Of a DNA stretch of 64,000 nt, positions 15,557 through 30,599 are shown piece by piece. A program made the translations under genes and the position numbers. Each line of letters starts with the position of its first letter. Positions within the stretch are counted from its first letter, which is position 1. This DNA comes from the human T2T-CHM13v2.0 reference genome, Homo sapiens: NCBI RefSeq assembly GCF_009914755.1, contig NC_060926.1; one strand, given 5' to 3'. Below the pieces are notes generated by a model, which did not search any database, was not told where the DNA came from, and saw only the letters and a list, made by a program, of their open reading frames with translations.

Positions 15557-15618
15557 TGTGTGTATGTATGTATGCACATATGCATGTGTGTATATATGTG
15601 TGTGTGTGTGTGTGTGTG
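15557..15618. repeat. (TG)n/(TATG)n microsatellite
   Basis: Direct reading. Confidence 0.85.
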
Positions 15619-16332
15619 ATTATATTTCCCAAGTGCCATCCAGATCAATTTTTAAATCACACACTACATAGACACACATGTACCCACACACAAAACTTCT
15701 TTTATCGTGAGGCTTCAAACTCAGTACCCTCAATTATCCAGAAGGCCTAGAAACATGAGACCTGTTACCTTCACATTCCCAGCATTTAATACAAAATCAG
15801 GAATACAAATAAAAAATGTAAACAAAGTACAAAAATGCATACATTTTAACATAGTTTGGACTCTTTGATTCTTCACTTTAAACTATATATTCTATTAGTA
15901 GCTCTAACCATTCAGACTTCAAATTCTAACACATTTAGTGATCTAATTTCACAGTCCTTAGTAAGCACATGACCAGAGGGTGGAAGAGATGACAGGATTG
16001 TGACCAGAGAGAAAGGACTGACAGAAATAAAAAGCTGTCACTATGACAAAGGTAAAGACAAACTGGACACTGTAAAAAGCAGTCATCATAAAATTAAAAA
16101 TAATGGTGTTTGGGGAACATTTAAAGACCAACAGTCCCCACTAGGATCATTTCAATCAGGGCCGTTCTACTATACCTGATTATCAAGACCCCAGGAAAAG
16201 ACCTTAACTAATTATTGTGCAAAATATTAAGTTATGAAAGTCATTTTTAAAATCCTTTTTACCATATTTAAATTAAAATAAATTATTCAGGCCTATTTTT
16301 AAAATAAAACAAAGATATATCTAAGAGATTAG

Positions 16333-16379
16333 AAAACTTTTTGATAAAATCGTTAAAACTTTTTGATAAAATCATTAAA
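16333..16379. repeat. 22-bp tandem duplication aaaactttttgataaaatc(g/a)tt x2
   Basis: Two adjacent copies with one mismatch. Confidence 0.9.
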
Positions 16380-16871
16380 TGTTTGATCTCTAATTAGGTA
16401 TAGCTTCAGCTATCTGAAAAATTGAATCATGACAAATTAAATCATGGAGTGAATTCACTCCCCAGTGATGCTGGATAAAATGAAGCCTGACTATACATGG
16501 ATTTCTGTCGAAACAAGCAACATGCCTATTATGAGGAGTAGCATATTGGTTCAAATAAGAGGAAATCTGATCAACTAATCATTCCAACTTATTAGCTCAA
16601 ATACATTCTTTAGGGAATTAAGGGAAGCATCTTTCTAAAAATCTTCCTCAACATATGTTTCCCTAAAATCAATAAATTTAGTGACTCCAGAGCCTGGTTA
16701 GTTTCTCATTCATATTATCACAAAAGAAAAATACTTATTTTGAGAAAAATGGACAGTATATATTTGCAGGCAAACTTCACCTGTTGAAGTCTCATGTTAT
16801 GACTGATGTTGATGCTGCTAATTAATACTTAAAATCCTATTCTAAAGGGGTAGCTGCTGGCAAATGTTTTA

Positions 16872-17099
<228 letters not shown>

Positions 17100-17571
17100 T
17101 CAAAATTTCTATAGTGTAAAAACAGGGAATCTTAGCAAAATTTTGTATACTCAACTATTTAGCACCATAATCGAATGCAAAAGAGTGTAAACCCCATAGA
17201 AGAGGAGACAGGGATTTGACAAAATCCTCCTAAGTGAGCATTTAAAAAAAATTCTAAGAAATAAAATGTGTTTATATTAATTTAAACTCTTCACCGGTGA
17301 GCAAAATAAAAGTAACATAACTTTTTTTTGTACTTGCTTCTCATCCTTTTTAAAAATACCAATTTCTAAAATGAATACAAAGATCCACAAAAATAATCCC
17401 AGGTTAGGTAGTTAAGCAGAGAAAGGATTTCCTTTGAAATGATTCATCATATGGGCAACCAAACTAGAGGAAATGTGATTCAGTGATTATATATACACTG
17501 TTGAGAAGTGCTGAGGCAAAATATTTTTTAAATTTTTAAGTCTATTGTCATTTTGAGACTCTTACCACAAA

Positions 17572-17572
<1 letters not shown>

Positions 17573-17609
<37 letters not shown>
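17573..17609. repeat. Perfect (TG)n microsatellite
   Basis: Direct reading. Confidence 0.95.
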
Positions 17610-17611
<2 letters not shown>

Positions 17612-17989
17612 TTGTCAAATGGTGGAGGCTGAGTATATGTATAGAAATTGAGGCGTAGAAGAATATTTTGTGAGCATAAAAGCTACTAAAGAAAAAAGGT
17701 AAGAAAAGTACTATATGGAGAGGATGAGAAAAGAAAGATGGATCAAAGTGAAAAGAAATAATAGGAATAATATAAGTAAGATTTTACATATTATTGTAAT
17801 TATGTTTCTTTTAGATCACCCACTTGTTTGAAATGGTGATGAATATCATGGCAGTGTTCTCTTCATAATAAAACTAATATGCTTTTAAAAATTATGCCTA
17901 TTATCTTTGTATTCTTCATTCTCCAAGTCAGAAGATGAGTGAAATGCAATTTTTACTATTTTTTTCCTGCCAAGAGTGTTATTGTTATT

Positions 17990-19912
17990 TTCCAACCTGA
18001 CTCCACTTATACAATAGATCGCATCTCCTCTCAACTAATCAACAACTCTCCACTTTCTAAATCTTATCATCACTTTTGCTTTTTCCATTGGATCATGTCC
18101 ATCAACATGCAAATATACCATTATTTCTACATCTAATCAAAAATCTTTTAACCCAAATTCCCACAACAATCCTTCCTTCAACTAGCTCTCCATTTCTCTG
18201 CCCTAGCTTACATCCACACTGTGCAAAGCTACCAATGATCATTTTCTACAATTCTTTTCCTTCTTCTCTCTCTCAAACCCATTCTACTCATATATTCACT
18301 TAATTCTGAAACTGCCCTTGTCAGATCCCAGTGAGCTTCATGCTGCTAAATCCTATGGTCAATTGGATTTAAGAAGCTTCATCTCAGTCTCTTCTTTTGG
18401 TTTTTCCTATTCTTTTCAGCTTATTGCTGGAGCATACCAGTGTCCATTATTTGGAATGCTTATTTCTCCATTTGTGATTACTGCCTTGGTGTTCACATCC
18501 ATAGTCATGGCTTTAAATGTGACCTGTCTGTCAATGACTCCCAAATTGGTATCTCAAGCTTGGACTTCCCCCTTCAACTCCAGAGTTGTATATTTAAATA
18601 TACCCTTGATATTTTCACTTTAATTTGTAATAAACATTTAAAGTAACTCATGAAAATTAAATTTGCTATCTTTGTCCTAAACTCACTCCATGCTTAGTTT
18701 CCCCATCTAAAAAGTAACTAAATTATTCCAACTCCTCTAGCTAGACCACTGTCTGATTTATACTCCACCTCTAATGTATCAGAAAATCCTATCGGCTCTA
18801 TATTTGCCTATATTCTGAATTTCACTACTTCTTACCACTTTCACTGCTGGATCTTGATCCAATCCACCATCCTCTGTAACCTTCCAACCTTCTCCTCCCT
18901 ACTACCTATTATCAACAGAGTAGCCATATTGGTTCTTTAAAAATGTCAGTCATACCGTGAGATTTTTCTGTTTAATGCTTTCTAAGGACTTCCCATCTCA
19001 CTAAAAGTATAAGCAAAAGTTTTTTATAATAGTCTACAGAGCCCTACTTGTTATGGTCCTCCTTTGTTTCTCCAGCCTTATTTCCTACTTCTCTTTTCCT
19101 TGTTCGTTCTGCTTTAGACACACAGGTATTCTTGCCACTCCTTGAACAGTCTAGACATGTTCTCTCCTCATGGCTTTTGTGCTTGTTCATCCCACCACCT
19201 GCAATGTTGTTGCCCAGATATCTCTGATATGGTTTGTCTGTATCCCCACCCAAATCTCATCTTGAATTCCCACGTGTTGTTGGGGGGGACCCAGTAGGAG
19301 GTAATTGAATCATGGGGGCAGGTCTTTCCCATGCTGTTCTTGTGATAGCAAATAAGTCTCATGAGATCTGATGGTTTTAAAAAGGGGGGTTTTCCTGCAC
19401 AAGCTCTCTGTCTGTGGCTATCCACATAAGATGTGACTTGCTCCTCCTTGCCTTCTGCTGTGATTGTGAGGCTTCCCCAGCCATGTGGAACTGTAAGTCC
19501 AATTAAACCTCTTTCTTTTGTAAATTGCCCAGTCTTGGGTACGTCTTTATCAGCAGTGTGAAAACCGATTAATACAATCCCCATGCCTTTCTCCTTCAAA
19601 TACCTCAAGTCATTATTCAATGTCATCTTTTCCATGGAACTTCTTCTGACTCTTCCATATAAAATTGAAGACTGCTCCCATTTCTGACATCTTTATCCAC
19701 CTTACTTTCTTGATTTTCTCTATAGCACTTATTACCTTCTAATATAATACATAATTTACTTAGTTATTTTGTATCATAGCTTCTCCACTGGAGTGTAAAC
19801 TCATAAAGGCAAGACTATTTTGTCTGTTTTATTCACTGCTCTATTCACAGTATACATAGAATAGTTCCTGGAACATAGTAGATTGTCCATGAAAAATTAA
19901 TGAATGAATAAA
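17990..19912 (+). mobile_element. Degraded L2 LINE interrupted by THE1
   Basis: Pyrimidine-rich L2-like body; 3' end tgtaaactc...aggcaagact...gttcctggaacatagtag...aatgaatgaataaa. Confidence 0.65.
19225..19576 (+). mobile_element. THE1-type MaLR solo LTR
   Basis: tgatatggttt...ccccacccaaatctcatcttgaattccc...aattaaacctcttt...taataca; 5-bp TSD atc(t/c)c. Confidence 0.92.
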
Positions 19913-20613
19913 TCCTAATATTAAACTCTAATAAGGCCATCTACAGAATTTTAAATTTGAGTCTGTTGTAAACATATTTGTGACAATGTACAGCCGTGAT
20001 TAGATATATGTTAATGCTTAGATAATTCTAGGCTAGTTTTAATTTGAAATACAAGTATAAAATACAGTAAAAATTTTTGCTGGTGGCTTTTTATATTCTC
20101 TTTTTTTATGTATGATTGAACCTAAATTGTATTGATGAACAGCATCACTAATCTCCTGTAGAAACAACTGGTTTGTTTTTCTGAGAAAAACTGCAGCCTT
20201 CTCATTGAAAATTACTTTTTAATGAATATGTGTTAAAGAACAATTGCAATGTTAAGTTAGGAGAGCCCAATGACTATAATAAACACTGGACAGATACTTC
20301 AAGGCAGTCACCTGATTTTAAATTTGTCTACCAAAATGATATTTAAAAGGAAAAAATAATAACTTTAGCATCTGGGTTTCCTGTCTACATTCATCACGAC
20401 TGAAAGCCCCTTCCTGAATCTAAATCTAGCTATCATTTCAATTCTATCATAGAAACGATTCACTAGAAACTGAACAATCTGTCATTTAGACTTGTGACGG
20501 GAGCTCTATTCCATTTAACAAGCAGACATGCCTACTTTTGCTGTCAAAGCAGAGAATTTATGACTCACTCACTTCAACACCATACAAAAGCACAAGGACT
20601 ATATCCCCATTCA

Positions 20614-20826
<213 letters not shown>

Positions 20827-23771
20827 CTATAAAGAGGGCAAAACATAACTATGATTTTTAATTATGTAGCTTGCAATTTGAAAGAAAAGCTGATTGCTAT
20901 TTACTAGTATGGAAAATGGCCACAGCAGAAGAATCGCAAGGATGTTATTTACTTTTTCTCAAGGAGTTCAACATTTCCCTGATTAAAACTTTTTTTTCTG
21001 GAGAAGAAAACATTATGCAGTAGTGTTTAAAACAGTTCCAAATGTAGGGACAGAATTGTATTCATATGACATTAAGAGAGCATATTTAGTAGTTATTTTT
21101 CAAAGGCTTGTGAGAGCAAGACTTTCAAGCATATTCAATAATATGCCTGTGACACTGTTATACATAATTTGAGATATTTTAAGGGCTACTTGTTTATATA
21201 ATAATGGATATTTAGAAGCTGCAAAAACATAGCTCTCCCTGTGAAAAGACTAATGAGAAAGCACCTCCGAAGATTTGTTTTATAAATTCAAAATCCAACT
21301 TTTTGGTCCCAATCTATGTTTAGACTACCACTTGCTCCAGCACAGAAAGTAATATATAAAGAAATCACATATTTGAAATCATTGTAAATAAATGTCAACA
21401 TTTCACTCAGAAATTTCATTATTTCTAAAGCCAATTTATCATAGGAAATAGAACAGTTTCTTTTGAGAATTATGATGCTTATTGCTATCCATATACTTAG
21501 TTAACAGTCCAGCTCTTCTCTTTGGCAAAGGTCTTAGAGTTTGTGGGGAGGAATGGATATCTTGAACTTAGAAAGTTTTCCCCTGGAGCAAAAAGAAGAA
21601 TACATGTGCTGATTTTCTGAATAAAAGGCACATGCTAGGCACCTTGCCTTTGGCTACTCATTTACTTAATTTAAATGGTTCTGTTCCAGGGTAAAGTGAA
21701 GTTGCCACTTGATTTGCTGTAGAGATTTTGTTGAAAAAGCATCTGTCACTACTTTCGGCATTATATTGCACACTTTTAATACACAGATTTGCAGTTAAAG
21801 AGAATTTGAAAAAGTATGTGCGGTTTGATTATAAAAATACTTATAGAACAAAATCACAAAATTTTCTATTTTAACCAGAAAATCTTGCCAGTTCTATAGT
21901 TTAAACAAAAACATTTGATTTATCTTTTTAGCATATATGACTCATTACTTCTATTTCTGGTCTTCTTGTATGAGACGCGACTAAAAAAAGACTGGCTTTA
22001 CATGTCGTTTTTGGGTTTTATCTCATTTCTTCATGCTTAGGTCGGACATAAAATATAAGAATGACTAGGGAGAACTATTCCATGTTATAGCCCGAATAGT
22101 TTTTTTGTATGTACATGTTACTCCACAGTATGGACATGTGTTGTATTTATGTGTGGGTCCAGGCATATGTGTATTTACTAATATCATTTTCCACCTAGCT
22201 GACATCAAATTTACTAAAAATATCTATGGTCCAATTTTGACTTGGGTAATACTTTTGTCCTACAAAAATTATAAGCAAGCTCAAGACTCTTCCTTTGCCA
22301 TTAGTCTCGTGCATGTTTTGCTCAAAGTTTGGGGCCATCAACCAAGGAACCTGTGGTGATGGGATATCAACATTGTTGTCACATGACTGCCAATTCATAA
22401 CCCAGGAGAAAAAGCCTGCTACATAAGAGGCAATTGGTCAAGGTAGAAAACATGTTCACCCAGTAAAGATAAAATTCACTCACTACCTCCCTATCTTCCT
22501 TCAGAAAAGACTGTTTCCCCTAAAACAGGCACCTCTGCTAATTACACCCTAGGCAGAGGTAGGAGAAGCCTGGAGCAGTAGGTAAACCATTTTGCCTTCA
22601 GCCCCAGTACTTCAAAAACTGTATCTATGTTGGATTATTTAGTGGCAGACTTAGCATATGTTTAAGGAACAAGCAAAATACAGGCAATAGACATGGGGAA
22701 AAAAGAATAAACACTTCAGGCTTTCAAAACTTTTTAAAGTAGTCATGAAAAAATTTATTTGAACTCCCTATCTTCATAACAAGGTTTAATTTTTTAATTG
22801 CAAATAAGTAAAGAGAAGGGCCATGATAATCATCTCAGAGATCAGGTCCTCTAAGGTTGTAACTAAGAGCTTTGAAAGGAATCAAGATTTTTGGGGCAGT
22901 TGAAGGTGAGAGAGAAAGCACTGGCCCACCTTTAACATTGAACAGGTTCCCCCACTCCAACCCCACCCCAGACAGATTAGTGCATCTCTTTATCTGTCAA
23001 GGAAGGAGAAAGGATTTCATTTTAAAAGCTGATTAGAAAGTAAAAGTAACTTTAGAGGATAATCACAGAATGTACCTGTCTTGCATTGCAAAAGAATCCA
23101 AAGAGATTCACATATTTCAGCTCCATAGACTAAGAATCTCACATAAAATAAGTGCCATTAGTGAGATAAAATCAGATTTTTAAATATATTATAGTAAATA
23201 AGGCTGATTTCTACTTAGAGATCTCTTTTAGGCATTCACTGACTGTTGTTTGCAAAACGTTGTAATTCAGCAAAGTAAAAAGTAACACATTTAGGAAGAA
23301 TTTTGACCTCCGTGACTTTCACAGAATTCTCTTTTTAGGAAGTACTTGAATACATCAGAAGTCAAAATTTAATCGAACTTGTTATAATAAAGGTACTTTT
23401 GTGAACAGCCATTTGCTTTTGTTAGCAAAATATCTCCAACGCCACATGGGACAGATGATAGTCCAGCTCCTCATGAATGAACTACTTAAATTAGTTTTTA
23501 GTAAATAGGCCATAACATCTGACCTATTTTAATACTTTTCTTTCTTGCGAATATAGCATTTTTGTCTTTGTTGTTTTGTTTTTTGTTTACTTGTTTTCTC
23601 TGTTTTTAATAGAAGGGAGAAAGAACAAGAGAGGCATCTCCAATTTTGTGGAAATATCACAATATCACTGTGAAAAGAACATTCTCCAATATAGGAAATA
23701 TACTGTAATTTTTATGACTCATTGCAGCTCGACTTTACAAGAAATTTTCAGTATTGCAAATTTTGGTATTA

Positions 23772-24059
<288 letters not shown>

Positions 24060-26849
24060 CTAAATGTTAAAGTGGAGGGTGGGGGAGGGAAGCACGTTTG
24101 ATGGAGCCATCTGTAAAAAACAGAACTTTTTCTTCTAATTTATTTCAGTGATTACATCTGTTGGCTTCATATAACCATTTCCTTATAATATCACTCATAA
24201 ACAGAGAAATCTGCTAATGAATATTGCAGGGCATAAGGGAGCAGGTTAACCAACAACTGTAAAATTTCCCCAAAATGAATGATTATAGTGGGTTTATTTT
24301 TGTATTAGCAGAAATGTTTCTTTAAGCCTCATGGAGCTGAAGCACATCAACCACATTCAGTGTAAGCTTCAGAAGTGAGCCAAGTCACCAGGCCAGGGCA
24401 TGTGAGCTATCAGCCTTTATCTTCAACCTGCCTTTCAAATTGCCTGGTAATGTTTGTGTCTTATAAAACTTATCATGTGGAGCTCAATGACGCTATGAGT
24501 GGTGGAGAATAGCAAACCTGGAATGGAATTAAGCAGACAGAAAAGCAAATGTGCTGTTTGTAGCAACAGAAATAAAACATAAATAATCAATTCCCCACCA
24601 AAACTTATCCCAAATTCTCCCAAATATTCCCAAATCACAAAATTGTATTTAAAAAGTATAGGTCATTTCTTCTTGTTTTTTCTTAATATTTATTTTGGAG
24701 AAAAGGCTGAAGAGTAATGTTGACCTCTGAGACAACAAATTCTTTCATACTGTGCTAATGGTGTCTGTCAAAGTTTAAAATGTAACTCCAACACTTCAGT
24801 ATCTAATATTTGATTAGTATTCACTATGTTTAGTAAACACAAATCAATTTTAATTAACCTGACAATATTTAACAAGATTACCCACTCATGAGACTAAATT
24901 ACATTTGTAAATAGAAGACCATCTTGCCTTGACTTAAATACAATCTCAAGAATAATCCAATTTACAGTGACTGAGCAATATTAAGATTACCTAGAGTATA
25001 AAATATTTGATTTTACAAACTTGGTGAATTAGTTTTTAGTTACTTTTCTCAACATACTTACATTATCTAACAGTATGGGGTATCTTTAAAGCTTAAACAC
25101 ATTATTTAAACTTTAATTTTAATTTAGTTCTCTCTGCTGTAGGAGACATTGACTAATTTTTAAACATTAGTGCATACTATTTGTAATAGTACAAGCTAGA
25201 TTTTATTATAAGTATATATTTCACCAAATGTTCTTGAAAGATCAGTTTATCATAAGTTAAAAATGATTTTTTCAAGTGATATTTATTTAGGTGAAGATCT
25301 TTCTAGTCTAGTGAAGAATAAATAAAGGGCACACCCTGCATTCTCATTGTCATGCTAAACGATCAAATCACTGCTTGGTATGCACGCGTTCCCTCTCCCC
25401 CTCCGTCTCTCTCTCTCTTCCTGCTTCCATCCTGCATCTCTGTTTTCCTCACTTATAAATCAATTTGTTCATAGCTATTCTGTTTCTATAAGGACTACCC
25501 AGTTTCACTCTTTCTTACTATAGAACAGTCTTCACTATTCTTGCTACATGAAACTTTTTCTCACAATGCCTCTTCTTTTATATTTTTCTTTTCTCACTGG
25601 TTCATTTCACAGAGGTGAAGAGGAGTTGGTGTGCAGGTGGTTTGACTTTGGCCATGGAGAAATGAAGGTTCTGGCTATCATGTGATGTGTAGAGACTACG
25701 TTTAGATAGCATTATGAAGCAGGCAATTGCAACTGTTTACATGGTACTTAAGGAGAGAGGTGAGTCTGAAGATGAAGCCTTCTCTAAAGTCATCCTCAGA
25801 TGACTTAATTGAATGAGATCCCCTGACCCCTGACAAAAAAAGAGGCGTCTCAAGACAAGAACCTTGGAGGCATGCTGTTAGAGAAATAAGAGTAAAGGAG
25901 GTCAGAAGTTAGCAGTAACACAGATGTTCACAGACATCTAAAACAGATAATTTTCAGAATAAAAAATCGAGTGGCTGACTGGGTCAATCACTTTACAAAG
26001 CAAAAAAAAGAAGGATATAGATTAAGAAAATGTCACTGAATCTGATATTCAGTAAAATACTAGTAATTTTTGCCACTTGTGTTTGGGAAGTTTAGTTATG
26101 GAGGAAGAGTATAAACCAGGTGATGATGAAGGTTTCAGAAAATTTAAGTTATTCATTCAAGAAATTTTTCATTCTTTTTGACCTTCTATTACAAGACTGA
26201 TGCAACTGATTCTCATATTTTTTTCTAAATCATAAAACGGATTGAGATAACTCTCTAAGTTTCTGCTAAGCATGAAAAAAAGCACATGTAAATATATAAC
26301 TGATCAAAATTGAACCTTCTCAGACTTCAGATTCCTGACTGTGATGAGCTCTGTTCACTTTTGATTGAAATGCAAAAAATCAAAGAGTCCTAAGGAATAA
26401 TAGCAATATGACCATAAAGTTGCAGCTATTGAGTGCCTATAGTCACATGATGATATAAATGTTTATTTGTGTGCTTGTTTTTAGTGGTGTTTAATTTTAC
26501 CCTAAAATTTCCTGTTACAGAGAAAAGTTTCATTCCTAGGGCATTCTTTAGTGGAGGCATAGCTGTATTACAATTGGTAAACACAAGCCAACATTTTTAA
26601 ATATTTAAAATTCAACTATGTCATTTGTAATATAAATGTTGTTGGGTTAAAAATCACTCTCTTCTTTTCTATAACATATTTTTCCAAATCATAAACAAGT
26701 AAATGGTGCTCTGCAAACTCCACGATCCTGTGGATCCTTATGATTTCCCTGAGAGACAAAAGTACCAGATAATTTGTATTTTACAGATGAAATAGTTTCA
26801 AAGCCCTTATCCTTAGTCTTTGCCAGAGCCATAAATGTCACAGCTTTTT

Positions 26850-27385
26850 GAAAAACTTGTTATTTGGAATTTCAAACTCACACAAAATTTTTAATTTTTA
26901 AGAATAGTAGAATGGATGCCTATACCCGTCACCTAGATTCACCAGTTGTTTACATTTCGTTCCGTTGGCTATTTTATATACTCATTGAGCCACTTCAGAG
27001 TAAACTGCTGACATCATCACTCTATTCCTAAACACTTCAGCATCCATCTCTTAAGAAGGTTAGGAAAGACAAGGGCATTCTCTTGCATAACCACAGTATA
27101 TCTCTCATAATCAATTCCTTTAACAATGTGTGCAATGTATAGTCATTCAAAATTTGCCTTTTGACAGATAATGTTCTTTATAGAAAAAATTTCTGATTCA
27201 GAATCTAATTGAACATGATACATTGTGTTTAATCGTCTTTTCTTGCTCAACTCCTTTAATCTTGAGCAGTTCTTCAGCTTTCCTTTGTTGTTCATGATGT
27301 TAATATTTCCAAAGAGTAGATAAGGGTTGTTTTGAAGAATGTTCCAACTTGAGATCTGTCTGATTTTTGTCATAATGTTATAATT
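26850..27385 (-). mobile_element. Old L1MC-type 3' region fragment
   Basis: tcacctagattcaccagttgtt..., aagggcattctcttgcataaccacagta motifs. Confidence 0.55.
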
Positions 27386-29429
27386 AGATTATGTTATGCC
27401 TTTTGAACTGAAATGCAATGATTTTGCACTTTATTGTTACCACCCCTAGGGCTTAGAAACAGTGGGAAAGCCTATGATCTACCCCCAAAATTACACAAAA
27501 AGGAATTTCAATGGTGGTTTGGAATCCCATTCATTCCACCATATTTGATGTTTTCTGAACACTTAACTCTCTTAACTTCCAGGGTCCTAGTCTCTTTTTC
27601 AGCATCTCCCCGCACCAGGAACCAAGGGCCCCCAGGTTAGCACTCTCCCTGGAAAACTCATGGTAGATTGTGGAGACCAGTCCCAATTCAGCCCTATGCC
27701 CCATTCCCTTAGGATTGCAATACTAATACTTTTTAAAAATCTTTCTTTGTTCTCACCTGTGTTATCAACCATTTTTTGTTATGCAGCAAAAAGGGGCATT
27801 GCTGTTCTCTTGTTCTACATTTATTTTTAAATGTCATTCTAGTTTCCACTAACAAAAATTAATATTAAAAGACACCCAAATCCAACAACTGTCTCTATTT
27901 CTAAGATGTTTAACTATTAGCTCACAAAAGAAAACATTTCTTTCAAATTTTTAATTATTCATCCTGTTCTTTATTTTCATAATGCAGCTTCTCTAGTAAA
28001 CAGGGTTTTATTGTTTTGACATCATTATCCCGTCAGATATGGGAAACTGTTTTTGTCTGACATCTTTGTGATTATATGAGCAGCCCCGTTTCACTACAGT
28101 CATATAAGTTTTATACAGTTGAGGATAGTAAGAAACTTCGAGTATTATTGGTAAACTTGCCTAACATAAATCATAAGTCACAAAGGGAGCGCTCATGGAC
28201 AGTGACAGAGCACTGTGCTTACAGAGTTATGGCACCAATCATTTCTATACTTTAAAGGAAAGCAATTGTTATACATACTGACATCTTAAAGCATGCATTT
28301 TTTTTAGCTGATAAAAATAAGAATTGCTTTTGCCAGTGATATCCATTTTAAATAATGCTTCTGTACTTTAACTCAAAAAAACATAAGGGAATTTAAATAC
28401 ATCAAAGTTCTGTCCATGTCCTTTAACTGCATGGTCAGTCCCCGTCCTTAACTCTTAAATGTTAGTTATAACTTACTGACGGAATTTAGAAATTTTCAAA
28501 AGGTTCTGAAAATGAAATGACTTATCATTCATTTTAACTTTTTAGAAAGTTAGGTTACACGACAAGATTTTTTTGAAGTGAAGTTAAAAAAACAAGGTAT
28601 TTTACATAACAAGATACAAAATGGGGACTAGCTAAGAGGGGAGTAAGACATAAGAGTAGGGAGCCATATATTGCCAGATTTCAAAAATCATTGCTATGTT
28701 TAGGGTCTGGCAAACCCTCCATGTTTATTAATTTATCTTAATGAAGACAACTGCTTTCCTTTTTATTTCAGGAAAATGATACGTATTTTCCTCAGAAAGG
28801 TTTGCATTAGGAACTTTATTTTTTTCTTGTTTTTATAGTAACTTAGTGTTATCCAAATAGCATCAATAGTAACATAACCTCATTTTTTATGCCATTGTAC
28901 CTTGTACAAAACTTGAACAAGAAAGTAATTTTCCACATTATATAGAGTAATTTAGGTATATTTAGAAATAAAGTAGGAATATTAAATATTTAGCATTGTA
29001 ATTCTAAAATGCAATTACAAATCTGAAAAAGTAATGAGTCTTTGAAATAAAAGGTTTAAATTCAAATTCTATTAGTTTCTGCCACTTAAAGCATGTGGAT
29101 AATAAACAATTAAGCTATTTTGTCTGTCTGGCCAAGACTATTCAAGACAGTTATTTATTGATCTTTACTTGTTTGGGGATTTCACTTTTGTTGTTTGAAA
29201 AATCTCTCTTGTACTTGGTTTTCAGTTTATACATAAACACACAGAAATTAAACTTGACATATGGACTCCCACTGTCGGCTGGCTATTCTATATTCTGGAA
29301 ACATTCCCACTAGTGATTCCTCCAAAAGTGTACGTGTATTGGATATGTCAGGCAATGTGGCTGACTCGTTGAACGTCCTTATTTACCTAAACCTGCCCCA
29401 TTTAGTGTTTCTGAGAGAGGCAGCCCTAT

Positions 29430-29878
29430 GCGCAGTAGCATAATACCATTTATCTCCTCTCTCTTCATAGATAATTAGACCAAGAAGGAATATGGGATTC
29501 AAGTGAAACCAAATCATAGACTGAGAGGAGTCACTAGGACCCTTTCTCTCAATAATCTCAACTGCAAAGTATGCGGTCCACCTGGTGCACAGCTGCTGTA
29601 AAATAGGTAAGGTGATCTGGTAGCATGGGAGGGTGTGAGAGAAGAAATACTGGAGCCTGCATATCAAAGTAAAGGGGCTATGAGAGACAAGATGAAAGAA
29701 GACATGTCTCCCTTGAGTGAGGGATTCTCCAGGCCCCAGGAAGTCCATCTTTGCTTCCTGTCCTTAGGTCTGTGAATACAGGAGATTATTTGATTCCTCT
29801 CAGAAAAGAAATCTCTATTTATTTGAGCTAACTTTGGTAGGTTTCTATACTTGGAAGCCCAAATGCCATGACTAACCG
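29430..29878 (+). mobile_element. Old MLT1-type LTR remnant
   Basis: End ...tttgagctaactttggtaggtttct..acttggaagcccaaatgccatgactaa resembles old MLT1 termini. Confidence 0.4.
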
Positions 29879-29949
29879 CCCATATTATTTAACGCTCTAT
29901 TTTAAGATTCAGAAAAATTGTGTTCTAAAGATTTTGAACAAGCAAACAT

Positions 29950-30599
29950 TGAAGCGGTGTCCTTGTCTAGGGTAAATACCCGGGGTTCATAGTCTCACAC
30001 CAAGGGAATAGAGGACGCAGACATACAAGTGGGTTTAGGAGTGGAGGTTTACTAGGCAAAGAAAGAGAAAGGAAAATAGTTCTCTCTCCTGTGAGAAAGA
30101 GGGGTGCTCGTATGGGAAATCTGGCCCACAACAGAGTGCACAGCATTTTATAGACAGGCTTGAGGAGGCGGTGTCTGATTTACATAGGGCCCAAAGATTG
30201 GTCGGACCAGGTGTGATGTTTGCATAGTGCAAGAGAAAGCCGGCCACCTCACCCTAATCTTATTATGCAAATTGGGTCTTTGCCTGGCCAGGGCCATGTT
30301 GTCTCCTCCTGACTGCACATGTGGTTGGCAAAAAAAAAAAAAAAAAAAAGGAAAGATGGTGTTGCCATTTTGAACATGCCTAGTGCCAGGTAGTTTTTCC
30401 TATTGGCACAGTTGCCAGCATTCACCCATGCAAGTTTACAGTTTGCTTGTCTGTGTCTGCAGCTTGATTTTACAGGCTGCTCATTGTTAGAAAAGAAAAT
30501 GATTTGGGGCTGCTTTTCATTAAAGGGAAAAAACCTTACCGAGGACTTCCTTACCCTCACTATCTGCCTAAATAATTTCTTTTTCATTCCTATATATCA
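29950..30599 (-). mobile_element. ERV1 (MER4-group, MER50-like) solo LTR
   Basis: Minus strand begins tgatatataggaat...ttaggcagatagtgagggtaaggaagtcctcggtaagg...aatgaaaagcagccccaaatcattttc and ends ...cttca. Confidence 0.75.

Noticed and set aside
24073-24089. G-rich run near the first exon's acceptor as a G-quadruplex
   Set aside because: Only three G3+ tracts; on the transcript it is simply a C-rich pyrimidine stretch.
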